Notes under the pieces: generated by a model
What the model saw: the letters and a program-made list of their open reading frames with translations, nothing else
What the model was told of the DNA's origin: nothing
The model's database searches: none
Translations under genes and position numbers: made by a program
In this document: in pieces, positions 18,962 to 28,367 of the stretch
Numbering within the stretch: position 1 is the stretch's first letter
How the letters are laid out: every line of letters starts with the position of its first letter
Source of the DNA: an uncultured delta proteobacterium
GTDB taxonomy: Bacteria; Myxococcota; Myxococcia; Myxococcales; Myxococcaceae
Direction of reading: 5' to 3'
NCBI GenBank assembly: GCA_963796055.1
Contig: CAWCKH010000004.1
Location: forward strand, 2,752,001 to 2,816,000
Length of the DNA: 64,000 nt

Positions 18962-20878
18962 ATGTTCCGATCGCTCCGCCCCGTCGCCCTTCTCCTTCCG
19001 CTGCTGCTCGCCGGCGGCGCGCTGGGGCAGGCCTTCCAGGGCCTGGACTCGCCGCCCCCGCCGAAGAAGAAGGCGAAGAAGAGCAGCTCCTCCACCAAGC
19101 CGGCCTCGTCGAAGTCGAGCGCCTCGACGCCGGCCCCATCGGCCCCGCCGGCCACCCCCTCGCAGGTGGCCCAGGACCTGGGGCTGGACCTGTCCACCCC
19201 TGCTCCGCAGCAGGCGCCCAAGCCCATGCCCATGCCGCCGCCGCCCTCGAAGAAGGGCAAGGCGCCCACCACCACCTTCGAGGCGCTGGACGTCACCGGC
19301 CGTACCGCGGACCGCCAGCGGCTGGAGGCAGCCAACGCCTCGTTCAACCGCGGGGAGTACGACAAGGCGGCGCTGGCGGCGTGGGAGCTGATCAACGACC
19401 CGAAGATGGCGCCGCTCCAGCTCGAGTCGCAGTACCTGCTCGGGAAGACGCTCTACCGCATGGGCCAGTACCACGCGGCCCTGGGCGAGTTCAGCCAGAT
19501 CCTGGCCAAGGGCAAGGACACCAAGTTCTTCAGCAAGTCGCTGGAGTGGCTCTTCTTCATCAGCCACAAGACGGTCAACGAGTCAGTCATCCTCGACGAG
19601 GTCGCGCGCTACGCCAACGCCGAATGGCCGGAGCGTTACCAGGACGAGTTCCACTACCTGCTGGCCCGCTACCACTTCGTCCGCGGCCGGGCGCTGGACA
19701 CGGTGGAGCAGAAGGCCGAGGCGGCGAAGAGCTTCGAGGAAGCCCGGAAGCTCGCCCTCACCGTCCCCCCGAGCTCTCGCTTCTACGCCCAGGCCAGGTA
19801 CCTCGAGGGGCTCACCTGGTTCCGTGACGGGAAGATGCCCATGGCGCTGGAGGCGATGAAGGAAGTGGTCCGGGTCACCCGGCCCTCCGGTGACCGGACG
19901 CCTGCCGACGCCAGGGTGGCGGATGCCACGCGCGATCTGGCCTTCATGCAGCTGGCGCGCATCCACTACGGTGCGCGCCAGAACCGGTACGCCCTCTACT
20001 ATTATGGGAAGATCGAGCGCGGGAAGCCGCAGTGGCTCGAGGCGCTGTTCGAGGGGGCCTGGGCCAACTACCGCATCGGGCAGTACGAGCAGGCGCTGGG
20101 AAACCTGATCACCCTCTCCAGCCCGTTCTTCCGCGACGAGTACTTCCCCGAGGCGCTGATCCTCAAGGCGGTCATCTATTACGAGAACTGCCGCTACGCC
20201 GAGTCGACGGCGATCGTCCAGGAGTTCGAGCGGCGGTACAAGCCGGTCTACGACGCGCTCGACAACCTGACCAAGAAGAACATGGAGGCGGCCGACTACT
20301 ACGCGGTCCTCGCCGACATCCAGAAGAAGAACCGGGCAGCGAAGAACGCCGGCCAGAGCCCTGATCTCATCCTGGAGCGGGTGCTGAAGCTGGCGCTGAG
20401 CGACAAGGACCTCAAGAACACCAACGAGTCCATCCTCGAGCTGGAGAACGAGCTGGATTCGGAGAAGAGCCACCCCAGCCTGAACAACACCGAGCTGGCG
20501 AAGCACCTCCAGGACTCGTTGAAGACGCAGCGCACCGGGCTGATCCAGAAGGCCGGCCTGATGGCCAAGGCGAAGCTGGAGCAGGAGCAGAGCGAGCTCC
20601 GCACCCTGCTGGGCAACGGCGAGCGCATCAAGTTCGAGACCACCACCAAGGAGAAGGAGTTCCTCGAGGAGCAGCTCCAGGCCGGTGGGCGCCGGGCGAT
20701 CATCAAGAAGTACCGGTACTCGGTGGCGGTCAACGACGACCAGCTCTACTGGCCCTTCCAGGGCGAGTTCTGGCGCGACGAGCTGGGCACGTACTCCTAC
20801 ACGCTCACCAAGGGCTGCATCGAGCGGAAGACGGCGAACCAGAACGTCTCCGAGGCGACCGCGCCGGCGGCGAAGTAG
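18962..20878 (+). CDS. gltC: Gliding periplasmic TPR protein GltC-like
   Basis: Signal peptide, Pro/Lys-rich linker, multiple TPRs and C-terminal YWPFQGEFWRDELGTY motif. Confidence 0.82.
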   Translation: MFRSLRPVALLLPLLLAGGALGQAFQGLDSPPPPKKKAKKSSSSTKPASSKSSASTPAPSAPPATPSQVAQDLGLDLSTPAPQQAPKPMPMPPPPSKKGKAPTTTFEALDVTGRTADRQRLEAANASFNRGEYDKAALAAWELINDPKMAPLQLESQYLLGKTLYRMGQYHAALGEFSQILAKGKDTKFFSKSLEWLFFISHKTVNESVILDEVARYANAEWPERYQDEFHYLLARYHFVRGRALDTVEQKAEAAKSFEEARKLALTVPPSSRFYAQARYLEGLTWFRDGKMPMALEAMKEVVRVTRPSGDRTPADARVADATRDLAFMQLARIHYGARQNRYALYYYGKIERGKPQWLEALFEGAWANYRIGQYEQALGNLITLSSPFFRDEYFPEALILKAVIYYENCRYAESTAIVQEFERRYKPVYDALDNLTKKNMEAADYYAVLADIQKKNRAAKNAGQSPDLILERVLKLALSDKDLKNTNESILELENELDSEKSHPSLNNTELAKHLQDSLKTQRTGLIQKAGLMAKAKLEQEQSELRTLLGNGERIKFETTTKEKEFLEEQLQAGGRRAIIKKYRYSVAVNDDQLYWPFQGEFWRDELGTYSYTLTKGCIERKTANQNVSEATAPAAK

Positions 20879-20912
20879 CTCCTCCCGTCACTCCCGCCCC
20901 GCCGGGCAGCGT

Positions 20913-21491
20913 TCAGTCGGCGATGGCCCGTGCGAGGTCGTGTCCGTTGAGGGCGTAGATCTCGAGGAGCCGGTCCAGCCCGATTCCGTCGCGCTGCTCC
21001 CGTGCCAGCGGGTGTTCGGTGGGCTCGAGCTCGAGCCACGGGCGCGCCGGGCCCGTCCGCGGGTGGACCTGACATTTGAGGTTGAGCGTGTCCGGGTACC
21101 CCGGGAGCCGGTTCGAGAACCAGCCGAACCACGGACCCAGTTCACCCTGGTTTCCCGAGTCGAACGTCTCCGCATAGGACCGAAAGTTCTTCTCTGAGAG
21201 GGTGGACCAGACGCCGTACCCGAAGCTTTGGCCCCCGGTCCCAAGTATAGGGATCGCCAGCACGCAGCGAACGAAGAAGTGCTCCCCGTGGAGGACGCAG
21301 AAGTCGGCGGAGAGGAAATGCCCCGACGAGCGCACCATCGAGTTCGCCACCCGCTCGAGGCCTCCGGGCCACTGCGCTGGCTCGTCGCACCCCAGCTCGG
21401 GGATGCCCCGGTGGACTTCACCGCACGAGGTGCAGGTCCAGCTCCTCTCCCGGAGACGCTGCCAGCGAGGATCCACGCCAGGCGGTTGCAC
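20913..21491 (-). CDS. DUF2199 domain protein
   Basis: CTSCGEVH, DFCV...HFFVRCVL.IPI, YGVWSTLS, FGWFSN.LP.YP.TL and HPLAREQRDGI. Confidence 0.82.
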   Translation of the reverse strand: MQPPGVDPRWQRLRERSWTCTSCGEVHRGIPELGCDEPAQWPGGLERVANSMVRSSGHFLSADFCVLHGEHFFVRCVLAIPILGTGGQSFGYGVWSTLSEKNFRSYAETFDSGNQGELGPWFGWFSNRLPGYPDTLNLKCQVHPRTGPARPWLELEPTEHPLAREQRDGIGLDRLLEIYALNGHDLARAIAD

Positions 21492-21577
21492 GGCGCCGCA
21501 CTCTACCGTCGCCCCGCTGCCCGGAGGCGGCAGGCGCGAGCCCCGGACTCCGCTAGGATGGCCAGTCCGCTCCTCCG

Positions 21578-22616
21578 ATGCCTCCCCGCGCCACCACCAT
21601 CGCCTTCGACGTCATGGGCAGTGACCACGGCCCGGCCGAGGTGGTGCGGGGCGCGGCCGCGCTCTCGCTGGAGGCCCCGCACGTCCACGCCCTGCTGGTG
21701 GGCGACGCACAGCAGATCGACCAGATCCTCGCCGAGACCCGCCACAGCGGCGAGCGCATCAGCGTGCACCACGCGCCGGACTTCGTCGGGATGCACGAGA
21801 AGCCCTCCGAGGCATTGGGGCGTGCCCCGAACGCCTCCATCGTCGTGGCCACCCAGCTGGTGGCCGAGGGAGAGGCGGACGCGGTGGTCACCGCGGGGAA
21901 CACCGGAGCCGGAGTGCTCGCCTGCGCCCGGACCTTTCGCCTCATCCCCGGCGTGCGGCGTGCGGCGCTGGCCAGCGTCTACCCCACCCGCGCCTGGCAC
22001 GGCGCCAAGCAGGATCCGTTCAGCCTCATCCTCGACGTGGGGGCGACGGTCGACGCCACCGCCGACGATCTCGGTCACCTTCGCGGTGATGGGCTCGGCC
22101 TACGCGCGCATCATCAGCAAGAACCCCAACCCCTCGGTCGCCCTGCTCTCCAATGGGACCGAGGCCACCAAGGGCCCGCCGCGGGTGGTGGAGGCCCATG
22201 CCAGGCTGGCCCGGCACCCGGGCATCCGCTTCGTGGGAAACGTCGAGGGAGTGGATATCCCCAAGGGAACCGCCGACGTCATCGTCTGCGACGGCTTCGT
22301 GGGCAACATCTGCCTGAAGATGCTGGAGGGCGTGGCCGAGACGGTGGTGGAGCTGGCCAACTACGCCTACCACTCCGCTCTGCGCTGGAAGGTCGGTCTG
22401 GCCATGCTGAGCAACGGCCTGAAGCAGCTGAAGGACGTCACCGACTGGCAGCAGTACGGCGGGGCGCCGGTGCTGGGATTCGATCGGTTGTTCATCAAGG
22501 CCCACGGTCGCTCGAAGGCGCGGGCCATCGCCAACGCGGGAAAGGTCGCCGCCAAGGCCGTGACCTCGGACCTCGCCCAAGCCATCCGGGAGGGGCTGTC
22601 GCCGGCCGGCTCCTGA
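21578..22616 (+). pseudogene. plsX: PlsX-like phosphate acyltransferase with a +1 frameshift near 22073 (pseudogene or sequencing error)
   Basis: Frame 1 gives IAFDVMGSDHGP, VTAGNTGA and LDVGA. A second frame continues with VTFAVMG, LLSNGTEATKG, FVGNVEG, DVIVCDGFVGN, YGGAPVLG and KAHGRS. Junction reads GAT CTC gGTC ACC TTC. Confidence 0.8.
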
Positions 22617-22619
22617 CCG

Positions 22620-23672
22620 ATGGCTCTCCCGGACCGCATCGACCCGCGGCCGCCCCGTCGCATCTACCGCTGGGACCTGGACAAGACGTACCTCCAGACC
22701 GAGTTCGACACCTTCAGCCAGCTGGTCCGGACCGCGCTGCAGAAGGCGAGCGAGAAGCAGGCGGTGCCCGGCGCGGCGGCCCTCATCCGCGAGCTCCGCG
22801 CCCAGGGCGACACCCGGCTGTGCATCATCTCCGGCAGCCCCACACAGATGCGGAACGTGCTCGAGGCCAAGCTCAAGCTCGACGGTGTGGAGTGGGACGA
22901 GCTGGTACTCAAGGACAACGTTCGCAACCTGCTCCGGGGCCGCTTCCGCGCGCTGCGAGGGCAGGTCGGCTACAAGCTCCCGGTCCTTCTGGAGAGCCGG
23001 ATCCACGCCCCGGTGGAGGCCGAGGAGGTGCTCTTCGGCGACGACGCCGAGGCCGACGCCTTCATCTACTCCCTCTACGCCGACCTCATCGCCGGCCGGG
23101 TGGACGAGGCGGTGCTCGGGCAGGTGCTCGAGGCGGCGCAGGTCTACCCGGACGACCGCGCGCGCATCGTGGCCGCCTGGCGCGCAGTGCCCCGGGCGGA
23201 CCCGGTGCGACGCATCTTCATCCACCTCGACCGGCTCACCCCGCCGGCGTACTTCGCGCGCTACGGGCCCCGGGTGGTGCCGGTGTTCAACTACTTCCAG
23301 GCGGCCCTGGTGCTCCTCGCCGACGGGGAGCTCAACCCCGGCCAGGTCGCCCGGGTGGCGGTGGAGATGGTCCAGACCGCCGGGCACAACCTCCTCACCC
23401 TCAGCAACTCGTTCCAGGACCTCGTCCGCCGCGGGCTCCCCATCCAGGCCGTGGCGGCGCCGCTGCTCCAGGCGCTGGAGGGGGCGCTGCAGGGGCCGGA
23501 GGCGGTGCTCCAGGCCTTCCGGCCGCTGCCGGACATCGTCAAGGCCTTCACCCGCCGGGTGGCCGCGCTCGGCGCCACCCCGCCGCCGCCGGAGGCGCGC
23601 CCCATCGACTACCTGAGCGTGCTCGACGACGCGCGCCCCAGGACCCACCGCCCGCGGAAGAGGTCGTCGTGA
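22620..23672 (+). CDS. HAD-superfamily phosphatase (App1/DUF2183/lipin-like)
   Basis: Motif I WDLDKT, motif II IISGSP, motif III GYK and motif IV LFGDDAEAD; starts 3 bp after the plsX-like stop. Confidence 0.75.
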   Translation: MALPDRIDPRPPRRIYRWDLDKTYLQTEFDTFSQLVRTALQKASEKQAVPGAAALIRELRAQGDTRLCIISGSPTQMRNVLEAKLKLDGVEWDELVLKDNVRNLLRGRFRALRGQVGYKLPVLLESRIHAPVEAEEVLFGDDAEADAFIYSLYADLIAGRVDEAVLGQVLEAAQVYPDDRARIVAAWRAVPRADPVRRIFIHLDRLTPPAYFARYGPRVVPVFNYFQAALVLLADGELNPGQVARVAVEMVQTAGHNLLTLSNSFQDLVRRGLPIQAVAAPLLQALEGALQGPEAVLQAFRPLPDIVKAFTRRVAALGATPPPPEARPIDYLSVLDDARPRTHRPRKRSS

Positions 23673-23729
23673 CCCGGACTTGAGCGGCCCAGCCGGGCAG
23701 AGGCACGCTCCGTTGCGGGTTCCATCGTC

Positions 23730-25610
23730 ATGCCCACGCCCCCCCCGACCCGCAAAGAGCGTCGCTGGCCCTGGCTGGTCGTGCTGGTGGGGCTCGTCGC
23801 CGTGCTCTTCGTCCTTCTCCGCCACGAGGCGCCCACACCCGAGGGCGAGGCGAACGGCCGGCCTGCGCCTTCCGACCGACCTTCGACCTCCGCCGGTCAA
23901 GCCGTTCCGCGGAGTCCCGACACCTCGGCCTCCCCGGGCGCCGTGGCGGTGGAGCCCAGGCCCGCATTGCCCCCGTTCACCGGCCGTGTCGTCTCCGCCG
24001 ACGACGGTCGGCCGGTGGTCGGGGCCGAGGTGACCTTCTTCGCCCCCGAGGGTGCCACTTCGGTGCGCTCGGGGCCGGACGGTCGCTTCCGGCTCGTCCC
24101 CTCCCGCCCCGGCCCGCACCAGCTCGCGGCGGTGATCGCCGAGGGCTACGTTCCGTTCGGCCCGGAGTGGGGGCAGAGCCCCATCCGGCTGGTCGCGCCC
24201 GCGCCAGCCGGCACGCCGGAGCTCGTCGTGCCGCTCGAGCCCGAGGTGCAGCTGACCGGCCGGGTGGAGGCCGCCGAGGGTGGATCGCCGATCGCCGGAG
24301 CGACCGTGGTGCTCCGCGTCCCGGGTACCCAGCCGGGGCTGCTGAGCCCGGAGCGACAGTGGACCACCGACGCGCAGGGAGCGTTCTCGGGCGCGGCGCC
24401 GGCCGAGGCCGTGCTGGTGGCCCACGCGCCCGGGTTCGCCCCGGCCACCGAGGCGCTCCGCGGCGGCGGCCGCCTCCGGACCGTCACCCTCCGGCTCAAG
24501 CCCGCGCCCGAGGACGCCGCGCCGGAGAAGAGCCTCGCCGGGCAGGTGGTGGAGCCGAGCGGCGCGCCGGTGCCCGAAGCGGTGGTGGCGCTCGGCGGGG
24601 GGCGCGGGAAAGGACGGGGCGGCGGCGCACTCCTGCCCGCACCGGTGAGGACGGATGCCGAGGGCCGCTTCCGGTTCCAGTCAGTCCCGGCGCAGGTCGG
24701 GTGGGCGCAGGCCTGGGCCGGTGAGCTCCTCTCGGAGCGGATGGCCGTCGAGCCGGGCGACGCCGAGGTGGTCCTCACCGTGCGGCCCGGCGGCGTGCTC
24801 GCCGGTCGCGTCCTGCACGCGGACGGGCGACCGGCGACGGCGTTCGCGCTGCAGCTGGTGCGGCTGCGGCGGGCCGAGCCGGTGCGGACGCTCTCCATCG
24901 TCGACCCCGAGGGGCGCTGGGAGGTGCGGGGCCTCGGCGCGGGGGCGTGGGAGCTGCAGGCGCTCGCCGCCGACAGTGGTCCCTCGGAGCGGGTGCGGGT
25001 CGAGCTCCCGGCCAGCCCCGGCGCCCGGGTGGAGAAGGAGCTCCGGTTGCGCGCCGGCCGGCGACTGGTGGGCGTGGTCCGGGACGGGAGCAGCCGCGCC
25101 GCGGTGGCCGGCGCCCACGTGGCGATCGAGGCCTCGCCCGGCGAGGAGTCGGTCCTGGTCCGCACCGGCGCGTTCACCACCCCCGACGGGAGGTTCGAGC
25201 TCGAAGGGTTGCCCGACGCGCCGGTGAGCATCTCGGTCGAGGCGGACCACTACAACCGCCGCATCGTCACCCTGGCCCGCGGCAGGACCGAGGTCGAGGT
25301 CGCCTTGCGGCCCCTGGCCATGGATCAGACGCCGACCACGGACCTGGTGGGCATCGGGGCGGTGGTGAAACGGGTCGACGACGGGCTGGTGCTCGGGAAT
25401 CTGATGGCCTCGGGTGGGGCGGCGGCGGCGGGGCTCCACCAGGGTGATGTCGTGCTCCGGGTCGACGGGCAGGCAATCGCCGAGCTCGGCTTCGTCGACG
25501 CCATCCAGCGCCTCCGGGGCGAGGAGGGGACCGTCGTCCGGCTCGAGATCCGCCGTGCCGACGGAACGACCGCGACCGTGGACGTGGTGCGGCGGCCGGT
25601 CAGCTTCTGA
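23730..25610 (+). CDS. Membrane-anchored protein with carboxypeptidase-regulatory-like (prealbumin-fold) repeats and C-terminal PDZ
   Basis: N-terminal TM, repeated G.V....G.PV.GA.V / TD..G.F motifs, and PDZ GIGAV...AAAAGL..GDV.L.VDG...LRGEEGT.V.L. Confidence 0.75.
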   Translation: MPTPPPTRKERRWPWLVVLVGLVAVLFVLLRHEAPTPEGEANGRPAPSDRPSTSAGQAVPRSPDTSASPGAVAVEPRPALPPFTGRVVSADDGRPVVGAEVTFFAPEGATSVRSGPDGRFRLVPSRPGPHQLAAVIAEGYVPFGPEWGQSPIRLVAPAPAGTPELVVPLEPEVQLTGRVEAAEGGSPIAGATVVLRVPGTQPGLLSPERQWTTDAQGAFSGAAPAEAVLVAHAPGFAPATEALRGGGRLRTVTLRLKPAPEDAAPEKSLAGQVVEPSGAPVPEAVVALGGGRGKGRGGGALLPAPVRTDAEGRFRFQSVPAQVGWAQAWAGELLSERMAVEPGDAEVVLTVRPGGVLAGRVLHADGRPATAFALQLVRLRRAEPVRTLSIVDPEGRWEVRGLGAGAWELQALAADSGPSERVRVELPASPGARVEKELRLRAGRRLVGVVRDGSSRAAVAGAHVAIEASPGEESVLVRTGAFTTPDGRFELEGLPDAPVSISVEADHYNRRIVTLARGRTEVEVALRPLAMDQTPTTDLVGIGAVVKRVDDGLVLGNLMASGGAAAAGLHQGDVVLRVDGQAIAELGFVDAIQRLRGEEGTVVRLEIRRADGTTATVDVVRRPVSF

Positions 25611-26619
25611 CCAGCACCCCGCGCGGGGTGAGGGGCCGGTCGCGCGGCAGCAGCTGCTCTTCCTGGTACCACCGGAGCGCGTCGCGGATGCCGTGGCGCA
25701 CCGGGCGCGGGCGGTAGCCCAGCGTGCGCTCTGCGCGGGCAGAGCTCACGTAGGTGGGCTCGAAGAGCTGCCGCAGAAACGGCGTGTTCACCCAGCCGAG
25801 TCGCGCGGAGGAGAGGACTCCCAGCACGTCGCCGGTGCGCCCCAGGGCCCGCGCCGCCCAGCGGGGGAGAGAGACGGCGGGTGCGCGCTGACCGCACTCC
25901 TCCGCGACCTGGGCGAGGAACTCGCGGTGGGTGAGGTTCTCGCCTCCGAGGATGTAGCGCGTCCGCGACCGGCCGGCCCGCATGGCCAGCACCAGGCCAC
26001 CGGCCACGTCGTCCGCGTTCACGAAGTTCGCCCCACCGGGCGGGTAGGCCAGCACCACGCCCGAGGCGACCAGCCGGACCACCTCGGCGCTGGTGGCGCC
26101 CGTCCCGTAGGCGCCGACGACGAAGGTGGGATTGCAGACGACGACCTCGAGGCCTCCCCAGTCGCCGAGCGCGATCTCCTCCGCGGCGCGCTTGCTCTCG
26201 GCGTAGGGCGTGCTGCTCTCCGGTGGCGGCCCCTCCTCGGTGGCGGGACGGTCGAGCGTTCCGTGCCCCACCGCGACGCTGGAGGAGACGTGCACCAGCC
26301 GGCGTACCCCGGCGCTGCGTGCCGCCTGGAGCACCTGCCGCGTGCCCTCGACGTTGATGGTCCAGAGCAGCAGCCGCCCCGCATCGTCGAAGCGGACGTG
26401 TCCGGCGGCGTGGAACACCCGCTGCACCCCGTTCATTGCCTTGGCCAGCGAGTGCGCGTCGCGCACGTCCCCCGACACCCGCTCCACGTCCAGCCCGGCG
26501 AGGGGTCGGGCGTCGGAACCCGGTGCGAGCAGCACGCGCGGACGCTCCCCGGCCCGGAGGAGGGTACGGACCAGGTTTGCTCCGATGAGTCCGGTGGCGC
26601 CCGTCAGGAGCGTTCGCAT
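25600..26619 (-). CDS. NAD-dependent epimerase/dehydratase (HpnA/dihydroflavonol reductase-like)
   Basis: TGATGLIG, VFHAAG, NVEGT, HVSS, YAESK and DDVAGG. Confidence 0.88.
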   Translation of the reverse strand: MRTLLTGATGLIGANLVRTLLRAGERPRVLLAPGSDARPLAGLDVERVSGDVRDAHSLAKAMNGVQRVFHAAGHVRFDDAGRLLLWTINVEGTRQVLQAARSAGVRRLVHVSSSVAVGHGTLDRPATEEGPPPESSTPYAESKRAAEEIALGDWGGLEVVVCNPTFVVGAYGTGATSAEVVRLVASGVVLAYPPGGANFVNADDVAGGLVLAMRAGRSRTRYILGGENLTHREFLAQVAEECGQRAPAVSLPRWAARALGRTGDVLGVLSSARLGWVNTPFLRQLFEPTYVSSARAERTLGYRPRPVRHGIRDALRWYQEEQLLPRDRPLTPRGVLVRS

Positions 26620-26672
26620 GGTATAGACGCGTGCCCTTCAAAGCCCGCTCCGACCCGGGGCGTCAATCGCTG

Positions 26673-28304
26673 ATGACGGACGATCCCAACGCCCCCGAAA
26701 CACCCGTTGCCTCCGCACGCCCTCAGGACGCGCTCGGCGAGGAGCCCGGGGACCCGGAGCCGGAGGCCGGGCTCGAGGCCGACGAGCTGGAGGACGACGA
26801 GGAGGCGGAAGACGACGAGGCGGCGGATCCGCTCGCCGGGCCGGTTCCCGAGCCGCCTCCGCCGCACGACCAGAAGGAGCCCGAGCCGGTCCCTCCCGCG
26901 CTGTGGGAGAGCGACGCGGACCACCTCGATCCCACCGCCCCGGTCCCCAGAGATCACACCCCGGACATCGACCCGGAGAAGCTGGACCCGGACGCGCTCA
27001 AGGTGGTGAACCGGCTCTTGCAGTACGGGCACCAGGCCTACCTCGTCGGCGGGTGCGTGCGCGATCTCCTGGTGGGCCGGACCCCCAAGGACTTCGACGT
27101 GGCGACCAGCGCGGTGCCGAGCGAGGTGCGTGGCATCTTCCGCAACTGCCGGCTCATCGGCCGGCGGTTCCGGCTCGCCCACGTGTACTTCAAGGGCGGA
27201 AAGATCGTGGAGGTGTCCACCTTCCGCGCCAACCCCAGCGAGCTGGAGGACCCCCCGGAGAGCGGCGAGGGCGAGGAGAAGGACGACCTCCTGATCAGCG
27301 ACGACAACGTGTTCGGCAGCGCCGAGCAGGACGCCCGCCGTCGCGACTTCACCATCAACGGCCTCTTCTACGACGTGGCCCAGGGCCGGGTGATCGACTT
27401 CGTCGGCGGGCTCCGCGATCTGAAGGCCCGGGACGTGCGCACCATCGGCGATCCCGAGATCCGCCTGCGCGAGGATCCGGTCCGCATCCTGCGCGCGGTC
27501 CGCTTCGCCTGCCGCCTGGAGTTCGACATCGAGTCGCGGACCTACGCGGCGATGGAGGGCGCGGTGGAGGACCTCCCGCGCTGCGCGCCCCCCCGGCTCC
27601 TGGAGGACACCTTCCGCATTCTCCGCGGCGGGGTCAGCGCCGGTGGGCTGAATCTCTTGTCGGCGCTGGACGCCCTGAAGTTCCTGCTCCCCCCGGTGGA
27701 CGCGTGGCTGAAGGAGCGCGGCCCCGAGGGAGAGGCGCTGATGCGGGCGCACGCCGAGCGGCTGGATGCACGGGTGCGCTCGGGTGCGGTGCTCGAGGAC
27801 GCGGTGCTCCTGGCCACGCTCCTGCTCCCGCTGCTGCGCTCGGCCCCCGGTCCGTCGTCCCGACCGAGCACCGGACCGGACGAGGTTCCGGCCATCGCCT
27901 CGGGTGCTCCCGCCGAGGAGGCTGGGCCGTTGGTTCCCCCGGCGATCGAGGACCTGCTTCAAGAATTGGTGCGCACCGCGCGCCTTCCCAGGCGCATCGC
28001 CGAGCGGTGCCGGATGATTCTCCTGGCTCAGGCGACCCTCTCGGGGAAGCGGCGCCGCCGGGGCGGCCTGGCGAGCTTCCGGCGCCATCCGCTGTTCGGC
28101 GAGGCGCTCACCGTCTTCGAGCTCTCGGTCGAGGCGACCGGCGAGCACCGGGAGGCGCTGGAGGCATGGAAGGGTGGCGGCGCGCCCGTTCCCCCGGCCG
28201 GCGGGACGCCGCCCGAGGGAGGTCGCCGCCGTCGCCGACGTCGGAGGAGGGGACCCCGCCCCGGTCCGCCCTCCAGCGAGGGAGGCGGCGGGCCCGGGGC
28301 GTGA
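26673..28304 (+). CDS. pcnB: Poly(A) polymerase I
   Basis: VGGCVRDLL, PKDFDVAT, PAP signature LIGRRFRLAHV, RRDFTINGL and EDPVRILRA; acidic N-terminal and Arg-rich C-terminal tails. Confidence 0.9.
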   Translation: MTDDPNAPETPVASARPQDALGEEPGDPEPEAGLEADELEDDEEAEDDEAADPLAGPVPEPPPPHDQKEPEPVPPALWESDADHLDPTAPVPRDHTPDIDPEKLDPDALKVVNRLLQYGHQAYLVGGCVRDLLVGRTPKDFDVATSAVPSEVRGIFRNCRLIGRRFRLAHVYFKGGKIVEVSTFRANPSELEDPPESGEGEEKDDLLISDDNVFGSAEQDARRRDFTINGLFYDVAQGRVIDFVGGLRDLKARDVRTIGDPEIRLREDPVRILRAVRFACRLEFDIESRTYAAMEGAVEDLPRCAPPRLLEDTFRILRGGVSAGGLNLLSALDALKFLLPPVDAWLKERGPEGEALMRAHAERLDARVRSGAVLEDAVLLATLLLPLLRSAPGPSSRPSTGPDEVPAIASGAPAEEAGPLVPPAIEDLLQELVRTARLPRRIAERCRMILLAQATLSGKRRRRGGLASFRRHPLFGEALTVFELSVEATGEHREALEAWKGGGAPVPPAGGTPPEGGRRRRRRRRRGPRPGPPSSEGGGGPGA

Positions 28305-28367
28305 CGCCACGAGTCAACGCCTTGAAGTTGCGCCGGGCGCCGTTCCGCGCCAATTGGAGCGTCTCGC

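Noticed and set aside
21578..23683. 701-aa ORF suggesting a PlsX fusion protein
   Set aside because: PlsX similarity switches frame at ~22073, and the remainder is out-of-frame read-through over the HAD gene.
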